DNA of 64,000 bases from an uncultured bacterium (GTDB lineage Bacteria; Patescibacteriota; Minisyncoccia; UBA6257; 2-01-FULL-56-20), in assembly GCA_963707865.1 (NCBI GenBank), contig OY970175.1, positions 396,305-460,304 of the forward strand, written 5' to 3'. The notes under the pieces were generated by a model that worked only from the letters and a program-made list of their open reading frames with translations, was not told where the DNA came from and did no database searches. Positions 9,324 through 19,287 of this stretch are shown piece by piece. Both the position numbers and the translations under genes were made by a program. Each line of letters begins with the position of its first letter. Positions within the stretch are counted from its first letter, which is position 1.

Positions 9324-10247
9324 ATGATAACGATGAATACCACATCGATTACATCCATCACCGAAGGACAGAAAGAACTTTATGAACGCGTCGTCCGCGA
9401 TGCCGCGAAACACGGCACCGCGCTTGCGCTCCAGAAGACCGGCGCTGACCAGATCGGCTGGCAACGCGTCATTGAAAACGGTGACGACCTCCGCGAAGCA
9501 ATCGCGGCGACCATCGTGGCCAGAACAAGGGAACTCTCGCTTTCCAACCAGTTTGCAAACGAGGAAGTGAAATCCACCTACGGCTATCCCAGCGGCTACG
9601 CGCCGAAGCCGATCGAAGCGCAGGTTGCTATCCTGCGCGAGATCTGGCCGAAGCTCAACATCGGCGGCTGGGTCGCGCAGTTTGAACGCGCGGTCGCTCC
9701 CGGCGCCGAAGCACATTTCGTGATCGTCCGCTGGCAAGCGCTCGCGCCGTCCTACGGCGAGGGGTTGGAGAAGGAGCTGTTCCCCGCGCTTCGCGCGCAA
9801 CGGAACGGCACTTTCTACAACTACCGCAATGGCGAACTCGGCCCCGAGCAGCTGCGGCAGCACGAACGCACCATTCGCATGTTCGCGAAGTTCGATGCCG
9901 ACCAGCCTGGCGATGTACTCATTGTCTCGGCCCAGCTCGGCCTCCGTCACCGCGGACGTTCGACACGTCGGGCACATGAGGTGTTCGTCGTAAACGAGTT
10001 TGGTCTCGGCGCATTTCATGTCGGCTGCATCCTGCTGACTCACCCCGAGCGGGAAGTCCAATGGGAACAGCTCCATATGGATTGCCCCGGCGACGAATTC
10101 AGTCCGAGGGCGGATGGCCAGTTCTCGCACGCGCCGTACTTCGGCTTCGGCGACGTCAGGCTCAAGTTCAACGCCCACGGCGTGGGCTATGCTGGCGGGT
10201 ACTGTGGCTCCGCGTCCGCGCTGCTTCCGCAGTATCTGCAACCTTGA
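9324..10247 (+). CDS. DGR variable (target) protein; C-terminal ~45 aa encoded by the variable repeat (VR)
   Basis: A GGAGG motif lies 7 nt upstream of the ATG. The 3' 130 nt form a near copy of a downstream template repeat and differ from it only at positions that are adenine in the template. Confidence 0.7.
   Translation: MITMNTTSITSITEGQKELYERVVRDAAKHGTALALQKTGADQIGWQRVIENGDDLREAIAATIVARTRELSLSNQFANEEVKSTYGYPSGYAPKPIEAQVAILREIWPKLNIGGWVAQFERAVAPGAEAHFVIVRWQALAPSYGEGLEKELFPALRAQRNGTFYNYRNGELGPEQLRQHERTIRMFAKFDADQPGDVLIVSAQLGLRHRGRSTRRAHEVFVVNEFGLGAFHVGCILLTHPEREVQWEQLHMDCPGDEFSPRADGQFSHAPYFGFGDVRLKFNAHGVGYAGGYCGSASALLPQYLQP
10104..10233 (+). repeat. DGR variable repeat (VR)
   Basis: It aligns to 10717..10846 with no gaps. 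All 18 mismatches fall at TR adenines, mostly at codon positions 1-2 of TR AAC codons. The last 24 nt are identical and GC-rich, consistent with the IMH region. Confidence 0.8.
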
Positions 10248-10716
10248 ACGCTTGGATGCTTGGGACTTTTTATTCCCTTATCTTCTTGATCCCTTGCATT
10301 CGCGCAAGTTTTTTTCCAGGGGCTTCCGCACATTCATCATTCATCGCGGCGGCCCCTTTCTCTTTATATATTTAATGATGTTCACGATCCGTGATTTTTC
10401 TGCTATTCTTCTTTCGGGTCTAGGCCAATGCGCGGCCGTTCCGGTTCATGGCACTTGCCAACGGGATCGCCGTCGCCGAACCCTCTCTTCATAGAGAAGC
10501 AGCCAGAGTCCGGGCGATCATAATGGTTTCCCGGAGCGTGCCGCATTGGGGAGATACTGCTTGCTTTTGCCTAGTGCGGGTGTCCTGCGGAAGCGCGGGA
10601 CTGCCGCCGGATGAAATTCAGGGACCAGAGGATATACTTGGCTCCTTTTGAGCGGAAAACCTCAAGTCCCGGTGCTCAGAGATAGTTGCCCGTTGTGGAT
10701 GGGCGGAAGCAATATT

Positions 10717-10846
10717 CCGAAGGCGGATGGCCAGTTCTCGAACGCGCCGTACTTCAACTTCAACGACGACAAGCTCAAGTTCAACACCAACGACGTGGGC
10801 AATGCTAACGAGAACTATGGCTCCGCGTCCGCGCTGCTTCCGAAGT
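10717..10846 (+). repeat. DGR template repeat (TR), rich in AAC codons
   Basis: It is the adenine-rich partner of the VR. For example, TR ttc aac ttc aac gac gac aag corresponds to VR ttc ggc ttc ggc gac gtc agg. Confidence 0.8.
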
Positions 10847-10856
10847 CGCTTCCCAA

Positions 10857-10886
10857 GAGCAATGCCCCGACCTCGGTCGGGGCATT
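10857..10886. terminator. perfect 14-bp hairpin (gcaatgccccgacc tc ggtcggggcattgc) between TR 3' end and avd 3' end
   Basis: This inverted repeat was read directly from the sequence. It lies between convergent features and could act as a bidirectional terminator or as a structural element of the TR RNA. Confidence 0.5.
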
Positions 10887-10889
10887 GCG

Positions 10890-11237
10890 TTACTGCTTCA
10901 CTGAACGGATCCATCCGCCGAGCATCCGACCAACCTCGTCAATCGGCTCCTGAAACGCGAGGTATTTCTTCTGGTCGATGCCATCCGTCTCACGCATGAG
11001 CCGAATGAAGATACGGAGGAAATTCAGCTTCACGCTTGTTTTCTCCAACACGGAAAGCTTTGTTGCCTTCGGCATCTGGCTCGCTGCCATGATACCCTCG
11101 AGGATGTCTAGGATCATGCCGTCGCACCGCTGCCAAATCGTATAGCGATCCTGCTTCGAAATGAGATTGCGGTAGCTATAAAAGAGCTTGTAGAGATCGC
11201 ACGTCTTCTTGAAAATCGGGATGTCAAAATCGTCCAT
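10890..11237 (-). CDS. avd: Avd-like accessory variability determinant (four-helix-bundle protein family)
   Basis: A 115-aa basic helical protein (IWQRCDGMILDILEGIMAAS...KLNFLRIFIRLMRE) sits between the TR and the RT, on the opposite strand. Confidence 0.6.
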   Translation of the reverse strand: MDDFDIPIFKKTCDLYKLFYSYRNLISKQDRYTIWQRCDGMILDILEGIMAASQMPKATKLSVLEKTSVKLNFLRIFIRLMRETDGIDQKKYLAFQEPIDEVGRMLGGWIRSVKQ

Positions 11238-11249
11238 AGTATTTTATCC

Positions 11250-12324
<1,075 letters not shown>

Positions 12325-12461
12325 TAGCCATATGACTCTCCACAAAAAATTTGGATAGTATAGACTGGACTTTCATGAGCTTTTGTCGCCTCGTAGCGGT
12401 CTCTGAGTTATCAACTTGACCACTCTGGACGCCCAAGCGGGGTTGCGTCATCCCTTGTGGT

Positions 12462-13811
12462 ATGACTACCCAAACCATGGGGGCCAAGGGGACGGGAGCC
12501 CCCACAACAATCCCGTCCGAGGTAAAGGTCAAATACTGTCTGTATGCGAGAAAAAGCACGGAATCGGAAGAGCAGCAGGTGCTTTCCATTGATTCGCAGA
12601 TCAACGAGATGACGAAGATCGCGGAACGGGACGGGCTGGAGATTGTGGAGATTAGGAGGGAAAGCCACTCGGCGAAGGCGGTCGGCCAGCGGGAGATTTT
12701 CAACGGTCTCCTCGCGGACATCAAGGCCGGCAAGTTTAACGGGATCCTCACCTGGGCGCCGGACCGGTTGAGTAGGAACGCGGGTGACCTCGGCAATCTT
12801 GTGGATCTCATGGACCAGAAACACCTCATTGAAATCAGGACTTACAGCCAGAAGTTCACGAATTCGCCGAACGAGAAATTCATGCTGATGATCCTCTGCT
12901 CCCATGCAAAACTGGAGAACGACAACAAATCGGAGAACGTGAAGCGGGGCATGCGGGCGCGGTGCGAGATGGGCCTGCGGCCCACGGTCGCCCCCACGGG
13001 ATACCTGAATGAGAAGCGGACGGATCGGCCGTGCCAAGTAATCGTGGATCCCGTGCGGGCTCCGATCATAAGAAAGATATTTGAGAAAGTGGCGCACGAC
13101 CAATGGTCGGGACGGAAGCTCTACCATTGGCTCAAAGACGAGGTGAAATTCACGACGCCGTACGGGAAGCCGCTCGCGTTGAGCAACATCTATCTGATCC
13201 TCAAGAATACCTACTACTACGGCGTGTTTGAATACCCTTCCGGCAGCGGCAACTGGTATACGGGGACCCATACACCCATTATCACGAAGGAACTCTACGA
13301 TGCTGTGCAGGAGCAGCTCACGCGGAGCGAGATCACGAGAGAGAACAGAGAGTTCGCCTTCACAAAGCTCATCACCTGCGGCCTCTGCGGTTCGGGCGTC
13401 TCCGCTGGCGAGAAATGGAAGCACTTCAAGAACGGTACGAGCGCCCGATACGTCTACTACGGCTGCACAAAGTCGCGGGACAAGGAATGCCCCTGCGGGT
13501 ATATCACAGAGGAAGCCATCGTGCAGCAGATCATTGGCATTATTGATACCTTGGATATCAGCGAGCTGGGCATCAGGCACAAGTTCAAGGATGAGATCAT
13601 GCGGTACAACAAGTTCCGGAAGATTGCCTTGAAGGGCGCAGCGAAAGAAGCGGCCCAGGAGGATTTTGACCTCAAGGCCTATGCGATCTATCTCTTGACG
13701 GAGGGGTCCATCAGTGAGAAGCGGGAGCTTCTGGGCAACCTGAGGAGTCGGTTGATCCTCAAGAACAAGGTGCTGACCCTGCAAGAGGAACCGAAAGAAA
13801 AAACAGAATAG
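12462..13811 (+). CDS. large serine recombinase (resolvase/invertase N-domain + recombinase domain + zinc ribbon)
   Basis: It has the catalytic serine motif YARKSTESEEQQ, a recombinase-domain middle region, and the C-terminal CGLCGS...YYGC zinc ribbon. Confidence 0.8.
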   Translation: MTTQTMGAKGTGAPTTIPSEVKVKYCLYARKSTESEEQQVLSIDSQINEMTKIAERDGLEIVEIRRESHSAKAVGQREIFNGLLADIKAGKFNGILTWAPDRLSRNAGDLGNLVDLMDQKHLIEIRTYSQKFTNSPNEKFMLMILCSHAKLENDNKSENVKRGMRARCEMGLRPTVAPTGYLNEKRTDRPCQVIVDPVRAPIIRKIFEKVAHDQWSGRKLYHWLKDEVKFTTPYGKPLALSNIYLILKNTYYYGVFEYPSGSGNWYTGTHTPIITKELYDAVQEQLTRSEITRENREFAFTKLITCGLCGSGVSAGEKWKHFKNGTSARYVYYGCTKSRDKECPCGYITEEAIVQQIIGIIDTLDISELGIRHKFKDEIMRYNKFRKIALKGAAKEAAQEDFDLKAYAIYLLTEGSISEKRELLGNLRSRLILKNKVLTLQEEPKEKTE

Positions 13812-13825
13812 TTTACACGAAAGCA

Positions 13826-13869
13826 ATACCGCGGAAACATCCGCGGTATTGCTTTCGTGCGGGTACCGT
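13826..13869. terminator. perfect 19-bp stem hairpin (cacgaaagcaataccgcgg aaacat ccgcggtattgctttcgtg) after the recombinase
   Basis: This inverted repeat was read directly. It is not followed by a T-run, so it may be a terminator or a recombination/attachment site. Confidence 0.4.
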
Positions 13870-13927
13870 CGGCACCTCGGTCGCGCAAACAGGGCAGCCA
13901 GCTCTGTCCCTTGATAAAAAATATACT

Positions 13928-14005
13928 TGGTACCGCCATCGGGATTTGAACCCGAGTTTTCGCCGTGAGAGGGCGACGTCCTAGGCCGGGCTAGACGATG
14001 ACGGC
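13928..14005 (-). tRNA. tRNA-Glu (anticodon CUC), CCA encoded
   Basis: The sequence folds by hand into a cloverleaf with anticodon loop CU-CUC-AC. Its D-arm and anticodon arm closely resemble canonical tRNA-Glu. Confidence 0.75.
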
Positions 14006-14042
14006 ATTTACCCTGCAATCTTAGCGAAATCCGCTCCGAAAA

Positions 14043-15638
14043 TCAAAGCCGGTCCGGCGGAATATTCTCGTAATTGATGATGTACCGTGACAGTTCCTTG
14101 AATGCCGGCACGACGCTCTGTGCCGCAAGCGCGGTCGCCGGCAACGTGTTCAACCGTATGAGGGCGATGAAACGCGGGTTGGAGGTCGGCCCGAATCCCA
14201 CATATGAATCAATAAGATAGTTGGTATACCCTCCGTGCACGAGGTCGGGAATAAAGGCACTCCCCGTTTTCCCTGCCAGGGAATAACCGTTGATGTTTGC
14301 GACCTGCGCCAAGTCCACTGCGTCCACCATCATCCGGGTCACTTGCGCCGCGGTGCTCGTACTTACCACCCTTCCCTGCGACTCAGGCGAGAGCGCTGCG
14401 TTCAGGTAGGGCCGCATCATGAGGCCGCCGTTCGCGATCGCCGCAATCGCACTTACGAGCGCTATTGGCGTTACCGCCACGCCCTGACCGTATGCCGCCG
14501 TATCAAACGCGACCTGCCGCGATTTCGGATTAAGCTCGCTCAAATTCCCCGCCACTTCTCCCGGCAGGTCAATCCCCGTCTTTTGATCCAGGCGGAATTT
14601 TTTCATGTAGCTTGTAAAAATGTCGTTGCCCGTCTGGTTTTCAGCAAAGATCGCACCGGTGTTGATGGAATGCTCAATCACCTCGGTTATGGTGGTGCCC
14701 GGACCGTACGGCCCGTGCGTCAGAAGATCGTAGTTCGTGATGTGGGCGCTATTCACGTTCACGTATCCTTTGTCGTCGTACGTGGTGCTCGGCGTGATCT
14801 TCCCCGCATCAATCCCCGCTGCCATCGTAAGCACCTTGAAGATAGATCCCGGCTCATATACCGCCTGGATGTTCGGATTCAAGAAATTCGCAATGGGCGA
14901 AGCACTGTAGTCGTTCGGATCAAAATTCGGATCACCGGCCATCGCGAGAACTTTCCCCGTCCGGGGCTCTTCCACAATGATACTGCCGCCCGTGGCACTG
15001 TTCTGTGTTACAAGGTCATCCAACACTTTTTCAGCCTCAATCTGAATGTTCGGGTCAATCGTCAAATTGATGTCGGTAGCATCCGCGAGCGTGCTCTCGT
15101 AAAATCCCTCAATGCCGTAATGGCCGCTCTCGCCGTTGTTTGTCGCATTCGGACCCACGTACCCCAAGGCCTGCGACGCCACGGTCCCCAGAGGATAATA
15201 GCGATCAGGTTCAAAATCGGCGTATACTCCTTTGAGGTTCAGATCGGTAATCTTCTGCGCCACTAAGGAATCCGCCTTGTGTACCAAAAGCTCAAATTGG
15301 TCGTTCGGTTTTGAAAAAAGCTTTTGGAGCGTAGCTACGGACATGCCGAGAATTGGCGCCGCCATGTTCGCTGCCTCTTCGGCGTCCGCGATTGCCGCAG
15401 GAACCGCGTAGATCCTTGGGAATTCCCGCTCAATAGCCGCCGGCAACAGCGTGCCAGTGTCGTCCGTAAAATAAATGGATCCGCGGCTGCCACTTGTGCC
15501 CTGCGCTGTTGCTATCTCGGCCTGCGCCTTAGCGAAATAATAATCTCCTTTTGTAATTTGCAGCTCATAGAGATGGAATCCCAGCAAAAAATACGCCGCT
15601 ACGAGCACTACAATGATTATTGCGAAGCGATAGGCCAT
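14043..15638 (-). CDS. ftsI: penicillin-binding transpeptidase FtsI/PBP3-like
   Basis: It has an N-terminal TM helix, the SxxK (SIFK) and KTG (KTGSA) motifs, and sits in dcw-cluster context. Confidence 0.8.
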   Translation of the reverse strand: MAYRFAIIIVVLVAAYFLLGFHLYELQITKGDYYFAKAQAEIATAQGTSGSRGSIYFTDDTGTLLPAAIEREFPRIYAVPAAIADAEEAANMAAPILGMSVATLQKLFSKPNDQFELLVHKADSLVAQKITDLNLKGVYADFEPDRYYPLGTVASQALGYVGPNATNNGESGHYGIEGFYESTLADATDINLTIDPNIQIEAEKVLDDLVTQNSATGGSIIVEEPRTGKVLAMAGDPNFDPNDYSASPIANFLNPNIQAVYEPGSIFKVLTMAAGIDAGKITPSTTYDDKGYVNVNSAHITNYDLLTHGPYGPGTTITEVIEHSINTGAIFAENQTGNDIFTSYMKKFRLDQKTGIDLPGEVAGNLSELNPKSRQVAFDTAAYGQGVAVTPIALVSAIAAIANGGLMMRPYLNAALSPESQGRVVSTSTAAQVTRMMVDAVDLAQVANINGYSLAGKTGSAFIPDLVHGGYTNYLIDSYVGFGPTSNPRFIALIRLNTLPATALAAQSVVPAFKELSRYIINYENIPPDRL

Positions 15639-15931
15639 TGCTGATTGGCTCTCACATATTGCGGTTTTTGTTCTTGCACAAGTCCGTCCTTTGCCGCGAG
15701 CGCCGCCGCATCGTCGCTGCCCAATAGCCCTATAATCGTATTATTCAAATTGGTATTTGCCGCGCCCGTCGCGTCAAGCTGCGCCTTCGCCGTCGCGATG
15801 CCGTGGTCAAGGTTTACCGTGGCGTTATAGAGCACTACCATCCCGAACACTTCCATAGCAAGCACAACGCCGAACACCACAAGTATGGCATTCACAATGT
15901 GTCTTTTTTTGTTGGGTTGGATAAACGTCAT
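15617..15931 (-). CDS. ftsL: FtsL-like cell division membrane protein
   Basis: A small protein with a single TM helix, placed between rsmH and ftsI. Confidence 0.5.
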   Translation of the reverse strand: MTFIQPNKKRHIVNAILVVFGVVLAMEVFGMVVLYNATVNLDHGIATAKAQLDATGAANTNLNNTIIGLLGSDDAAALAAKDGLVQEQKPQYVRANQQWPIASQ

Positions 15932-15933
15932 GG

Positions 15934-16818
15934 TTATTGCACGCGGGCTGCCCGCAATTTCGCTGAACGACTCCGCGGATTTTGCATTACTTCCTCCCGC
16001 GACGCCGCGAGCGGCTTTTTAGTCAAAATTTCCATTTTTTGCTCTCTCGCCAAACCTTGGAACGATTGCTTCACAATGCGATCCTCAAGCGAATGGAACG
16101 TAACGATCACAACGCGCCCGCCCGGTTTTAAAATCTCCGTCAAATGGTGCAGCACGCTTTGCAGATTGCCGAGCTCATCGTTCGCCACGATCCGCATTGC
16201 CTGGAACGTTCTCGTCGCAGGATCAATCCGCCCACGCTCGTAATGCTTTGGCACTGCGCTCCGGACTATCCCTGCAAGCTCCCCGCTGGTTGCAATCGGA
16301 TTTTTCCGTCCATGTTCCTTGATCGCCCTTGCAATCCTCCGAGAAAATCGTTCACCGCCGAATTCAAAAATAATGTTCGCGAGTTCTTCTTCACGGAGCC
16401 CCCGGAGAATTTCCGAAACCGGCGGCCGCGTGTCGTCGTAGGTCATGATGAGCGGTTCGCCCTGGGCATCTTCGCCAAAACTGAATCCCCTTCCCGAGCG
16501 TGCAAGTTGCTCCGAAGAAAATCCGAGGTCCAAGAACAACCCGTCTGCCTTGCCCAACTTTTCTCTCTCAAGGATTGCGGGCAGATCTGCATAATTCCCC
16601 CGCACATATCGTTCACGCCTGCCATAGGTACGATGGGCTTCGCGCGCCTCAATCATTTCCCTGTCCCAGTCCACGCCGAGAAACATCCCGCCGGGCATGA
16701 TTTTCTTCACAATCGCCTCGGCATGCCCTCCGCCATCCACCGTGCCGTCGATCAGGAAATCGCCGGGCTTGGGATCAATATATTGAAGGACTTCTTTTAA
16801 AAGAACGGGGACGTGCAT
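15934..16818 (-). CDS. rsmH: 16S rRNA (cytosine1402-N4)-methyltransferase RsmH/MraW
   Basis: It begins MHVPVLLKEVLQYIDPKPGDFLIDGTVDGGGHAEAI and follows mraZ. Confidence 0.85.
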   Translation of the reverse strand: MHVPVLLKEVLQYIDPKPGDFLIDGTVDGGGHAEAIVKKIMPGGMFLGVDWDREMIEAREAHRTYGRRERYVRGNYADLPAILEREKLGKADGLFLDLGFSSEQLARSGRGFSFGEDAQGEPLIMTYDDTRPPVSEILRGLREEELANIIFEFGGERFSRRIARAIKEHGRKNPIATSGELAGIVRSAVPKHYERGRIDPATRTFQAMRIVANDELGNLQSVLHHLTEILKPGGRVVIVTFHSLEDRIVKQSFQGLAREQKMEILTKKPLAASREEVMQNPRSRSAKLRAARVQ

Positions 16819-16877
16819 GGAAATTTCTAATTGACCTAATGACTAATCTCTAAATCCCAATTGGACATTAGAAATTT

Positions 16878-17309
16878 CTAAATGCCCAGCTCGCCCAATT
16901 TTTCCGCGATCTCTTCCGAAGAACTTTCCGTTTTTGTTTTGTAGGACTGCCACGCGGCTTCATCCCAAATCTCAATGCGATTATAAAGCCCCGCAATGAC
17001 CACTTCTTTCTTGAGGGCGGCGTACTTGCGAAGATAGTCGGGGATCAGAATCCTCCCTTGGTTGTCTATCTCCACGTCCGAAGCACCTGCAAGCATGAGC
17101 CGCACGAATGCGCGTGAGTTCGCTTGAGCAAGCGGCAACGCAATGAGCTTTTTTGCGAGCACTTCCCACTCGGCGTTCGCGAACACAAAAAGACAATTGT
17201 CAATTCCGCGCGTGATGATAGCTCCGGCCGATAATTTGTCGCGGAATTTTGCCGGAATCGCCACCCGACCTTTGATGTCCAAATTGTGTTGGTATTCTCC
17301 GAGAAGCAT
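16878..17309 (-). CDS. mraZ: transcriptional regulator MraZ
   Basis: Both DXXXR halves (LDIKGRVAIP and a second copy) are present. The start was trimmed to MLLGEY. Confidence 0.8.
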   Translation of the reverse strand: MLLGEYQHNLDIKGRVAIPAKFRDKLSAGAIITRGIDNCLFVFANAEWEVLAKKLIALPLAQANSRAFVRLMLAGASDVEIDNQGRILIPDYLRKYAALKKEVVIAGLYNRIEIWDEAAWQSYKTKTESSSEEIAEKLGELGI

Positions 17310-17367
17310 GGTTTTATAAGGTGTCATTCCGAGTTCTGCACAGAAAGTGGCATTTATCCCCAGAATT

Positions 17368-17406
17368 ATCCACAACTCACCACTTTTGTTTAACTATAAA
17401 CCACCT
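17368..17406 (-). promoter_or_regulatory. putative MraZ operator (three GTGG repeats, two of them 10 bp apart) upstream of mraZ
   Basis: The minus strand reads GGTGG...GTGGTGAGTTGTGG, 60-95 nt upstream of the mraZ start. Confidence 0.3.
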
Positions 17407-17482
17407 TATCTTACTGTCAAAAAATGGACTTCGTTAAAGCAAAGCCCAAAAAGGTATTATATTTCCTATGTTTTGTCTCGCC

Positions 17483-18088
17483 CTATCCGGAAGATATACA
17501 CAATTTATCCGAAACTCGTTTCAAAAGTTTTTGATAGTATGCTTTGTTTTTTGAACCGGTGCGTACCTTGATCGCTTTCATACCAACTTTCTTTGCCTCT
17601 TTCAATGCTTCGTCTGAATCTTCAACAAGAAGCGCGCGATCCCCGTATTTCTCATAAAAAAACTTTATGTCTTCATGCTTTCCCCGACTCCTGGTGAAAA
17701 TGATGCGCTTGAAAAATGGCTTCAACTTGGATTGATCCAATTTTAAAAGCTGGTGCCCGCGGTGGCCGTGGGTAAAAAGAATAAGCTCGCAACTTTCCGA
17801 CAAGCGCCGAAGAAACATTTCAACGCCGGGAAAATTATATTTCCTCGGCACAAGATAAAAAGCATCTGCCTTCGTGATAGCCTCCATCCTCTGCTTCGGA
17901 TCGGTGATCAAATATTCAAAATATTTTTGGGGAGCGATCCCCTTTCGGCTCATAACCGCATATATTCGTTTCGCCATCGTCCGGGAAACACCGAACTCTT
18001 GGGCGAGTCCGAGACGCCCAGCCTTTATCTTGTCGGTGTCAATCAGAACGCGATCAAAGTCAAAAAGTATGATTTTCCGCTTTTTCAT
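17483..18088 (-). CDS. HAD-superfamily hydrolase
   Basis: It has the motif I sequence ILFDFDRVLIDTD. Confidence 0.55.
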   Translation of the reverse strand: MKKRKIILFDFDRVLIDTDKIKAGRLGLAQEFGVSRTMAKRIYAVMSRKGIAPQKYFEYLITDPKQRMEAITKADAFYLVPRKYNFPGVEMFLRRLSESCELILFTHGHRGHQLLKLDQSKLKPFFKRIIFTRSRGKHEDIKFFYEKYGDRALLVEDSDEALKEAKKVGMKAIKVRTGSKNKAYYQKLLKRVSDKLCISSG

Positions 18089-18091
18089 TAG

Positions 18092-18163
18092 TGCGTCTTG
18101 TAGGGATCGGACCTACGACCTTCCCGATGTGAACGGGACGCTCTGCCACTGAGCTAAAGACGC
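18092..18163 (-). tRNA. tRNA-Val (anticodon CAC)
   Basis: A hand-folded cloverleaf has acceptor stem GCGTCTT/AAGACGC, D-arm TAGCTCAGTGGCAGAGC and anticodon loop UU-CAC-AU. Confidence 0.75.
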
Positions 18164-18195
18164 AAGACGCCGTTCTCACGGCATCTTTTATTATA

Positions 18196-18561
18196 CTACT
18201 GGATTTCCACCGTTGCGCCTGCGGCTTCAAGCTTCTTCTTGATCTCCTCCGCCTCCTCTTTTTTCACGTTTTCCCTTACCGTCTTCGGCGCACCTTCCAC
18301 GAGATCCTTCGCCTCCTTAAGGCCCAACGTCGTCACTTCGCGGACCGCCTTAATAGCGTTCAACTTGTTCGCGCCGCCCGCCTTGAGGATCACATTGAAG
18401 CTGGTCTTCTCCTCCACGGCGGCCGCACCGGCCCCCGCGCCCGCCGCAACCGGCATCGCCGCCGAGATGCCGAACTTTTCCTCAAGCTTCTTCACGAGCT
18501 CCGCGAGCTCCACCACGGTGAGCGACTCTATTTTTGAAATCAACTCGTCAAAATTTGCCAT
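18196..18561 (-). CDS. rplL: 50S ribosomal protein L7/L12
   Basis: It has an Ala-rich hinge and the C-terminal motif [28 protein letters not shown]. Confidence 0.9.
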   Translation of the reverse strand: MANFDELISKIESLTVVELAELVKKLEEKFGISAAMPVAAGAGAGAAAVEEKTSFNVILKAGGANKLNAIKAVREVTTLGLKEAKDLVEGAPKTVRENVKKEEAEEIKKKLEAAGATVEIQ

Positions 18562-18579
18562 AAAATTATTTCGCTTGCG

Positions 18580-19101
18580 TTAGCTCGACCTTTTTGCTTT
18601 CTGATCCAGGAGATACATGAATGATCTGATTGGAGACGCGAGCATACCAAAAAGCTGTGCAAGGAGCACTTCGCGCGGAGGCAGCTTGCCGATCGAAACC
18701 ACCTGCGCCGCATCTACGGGAAGATTGCCTGTGACGTCATAGCCGCCGAGCACATGCTTAACCCATATTTGTTTATCCCCTCCTTCCGGAATTTCAAGCC
18801 CTGAAAAAAACCTAAACGCCGGTCCCGCAACCATATCAATTCCTTTTTCGGAAAAAATGGTCCCTACAGAGATTTTAAATTGCTTCAAATCAATATCCAT
18901 CCCCCGCTCTTTCAAAAGCAAGGCAAGGAGCCGCTTCTTGATCACGAGAAAACTCGCGTCAATTTTCTTGAGTTCAGCACGGAATTTGCGCACGTCTTCC
19001 GCGGTGATCTTTGTGAAATCAGCAAAGATGAGCGCCCTACTCTTCAGAAGCAGCGTTTTTGCTTTTTTTAATTCTTCGGTTTTTTGCACTTTTGTTTTCA
19101 T
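18580..19101 (-). CDS. rplJ: 50S ribosomal protein L10
   Basis: It lies immediately upstream of rplL and has an L10-like N-terminus. Confidence 0.85.
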   Translation of the reverse strand: MKTKVQKTEELKKAKTLLLKSRALIFADFTKITAEDVRKFRAELKKIDASFLVIKKRLLALLLKERGMDIDLKQFKISVGTIFSEKGIDMVAGPAFRFFSGLEIPEGGDKQIWVKHVLGGYDVTGNLPVDAAQVVSIGKLPPREVLLAQLFGMLASPIRSFMYLLDQKAKRSS

Positions 19102-19287
19102 GGCGTTGTAAAAACAAAAAAAGGCTTTCCAAAGCCGTACTCAGATTGCGTGAAAATGCCTATTTTAGAGCGCTTTCACACATTCCTCGGCAGGCCTTAT
19201 TCCCTTTTCTGCACTAACGTGCGCGGGATGCCTGTGGTCTTTGGAAGTACTTTCAGTATAATGCGCCCGCCAAGTTTGTCAACCCGC

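Noticed and set aside
9270-10241. 323-aa minus-strand ORF antisense to the DGR target gene
   Set aside because: It is a high-GC antisense artefact. The plus-strand gene has a GGAGG ribosome-binding site, and the VR/TR codon structure (AAC codons in frame) fits the plus frame only.
10648-10953. 101-aa ORF covering the DGR template repeat
   Set aside because: It is a C-terminal-fragment look-alike of the target gene, produced by the TR copy. TRs are non-coding templates. It has no ribosome-binding site and no N-terminal homology.
12411-14018. 535-aa minus-strand ORF overlapping the serine recombinase and tRNA-Glu
   Set aside because: The plus-strand ORF has unambiguous serine-recombinase motifs. 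The minus ORF has no motifs and runs through a tRNA gene. It is typical GC-rich antisense read-through.
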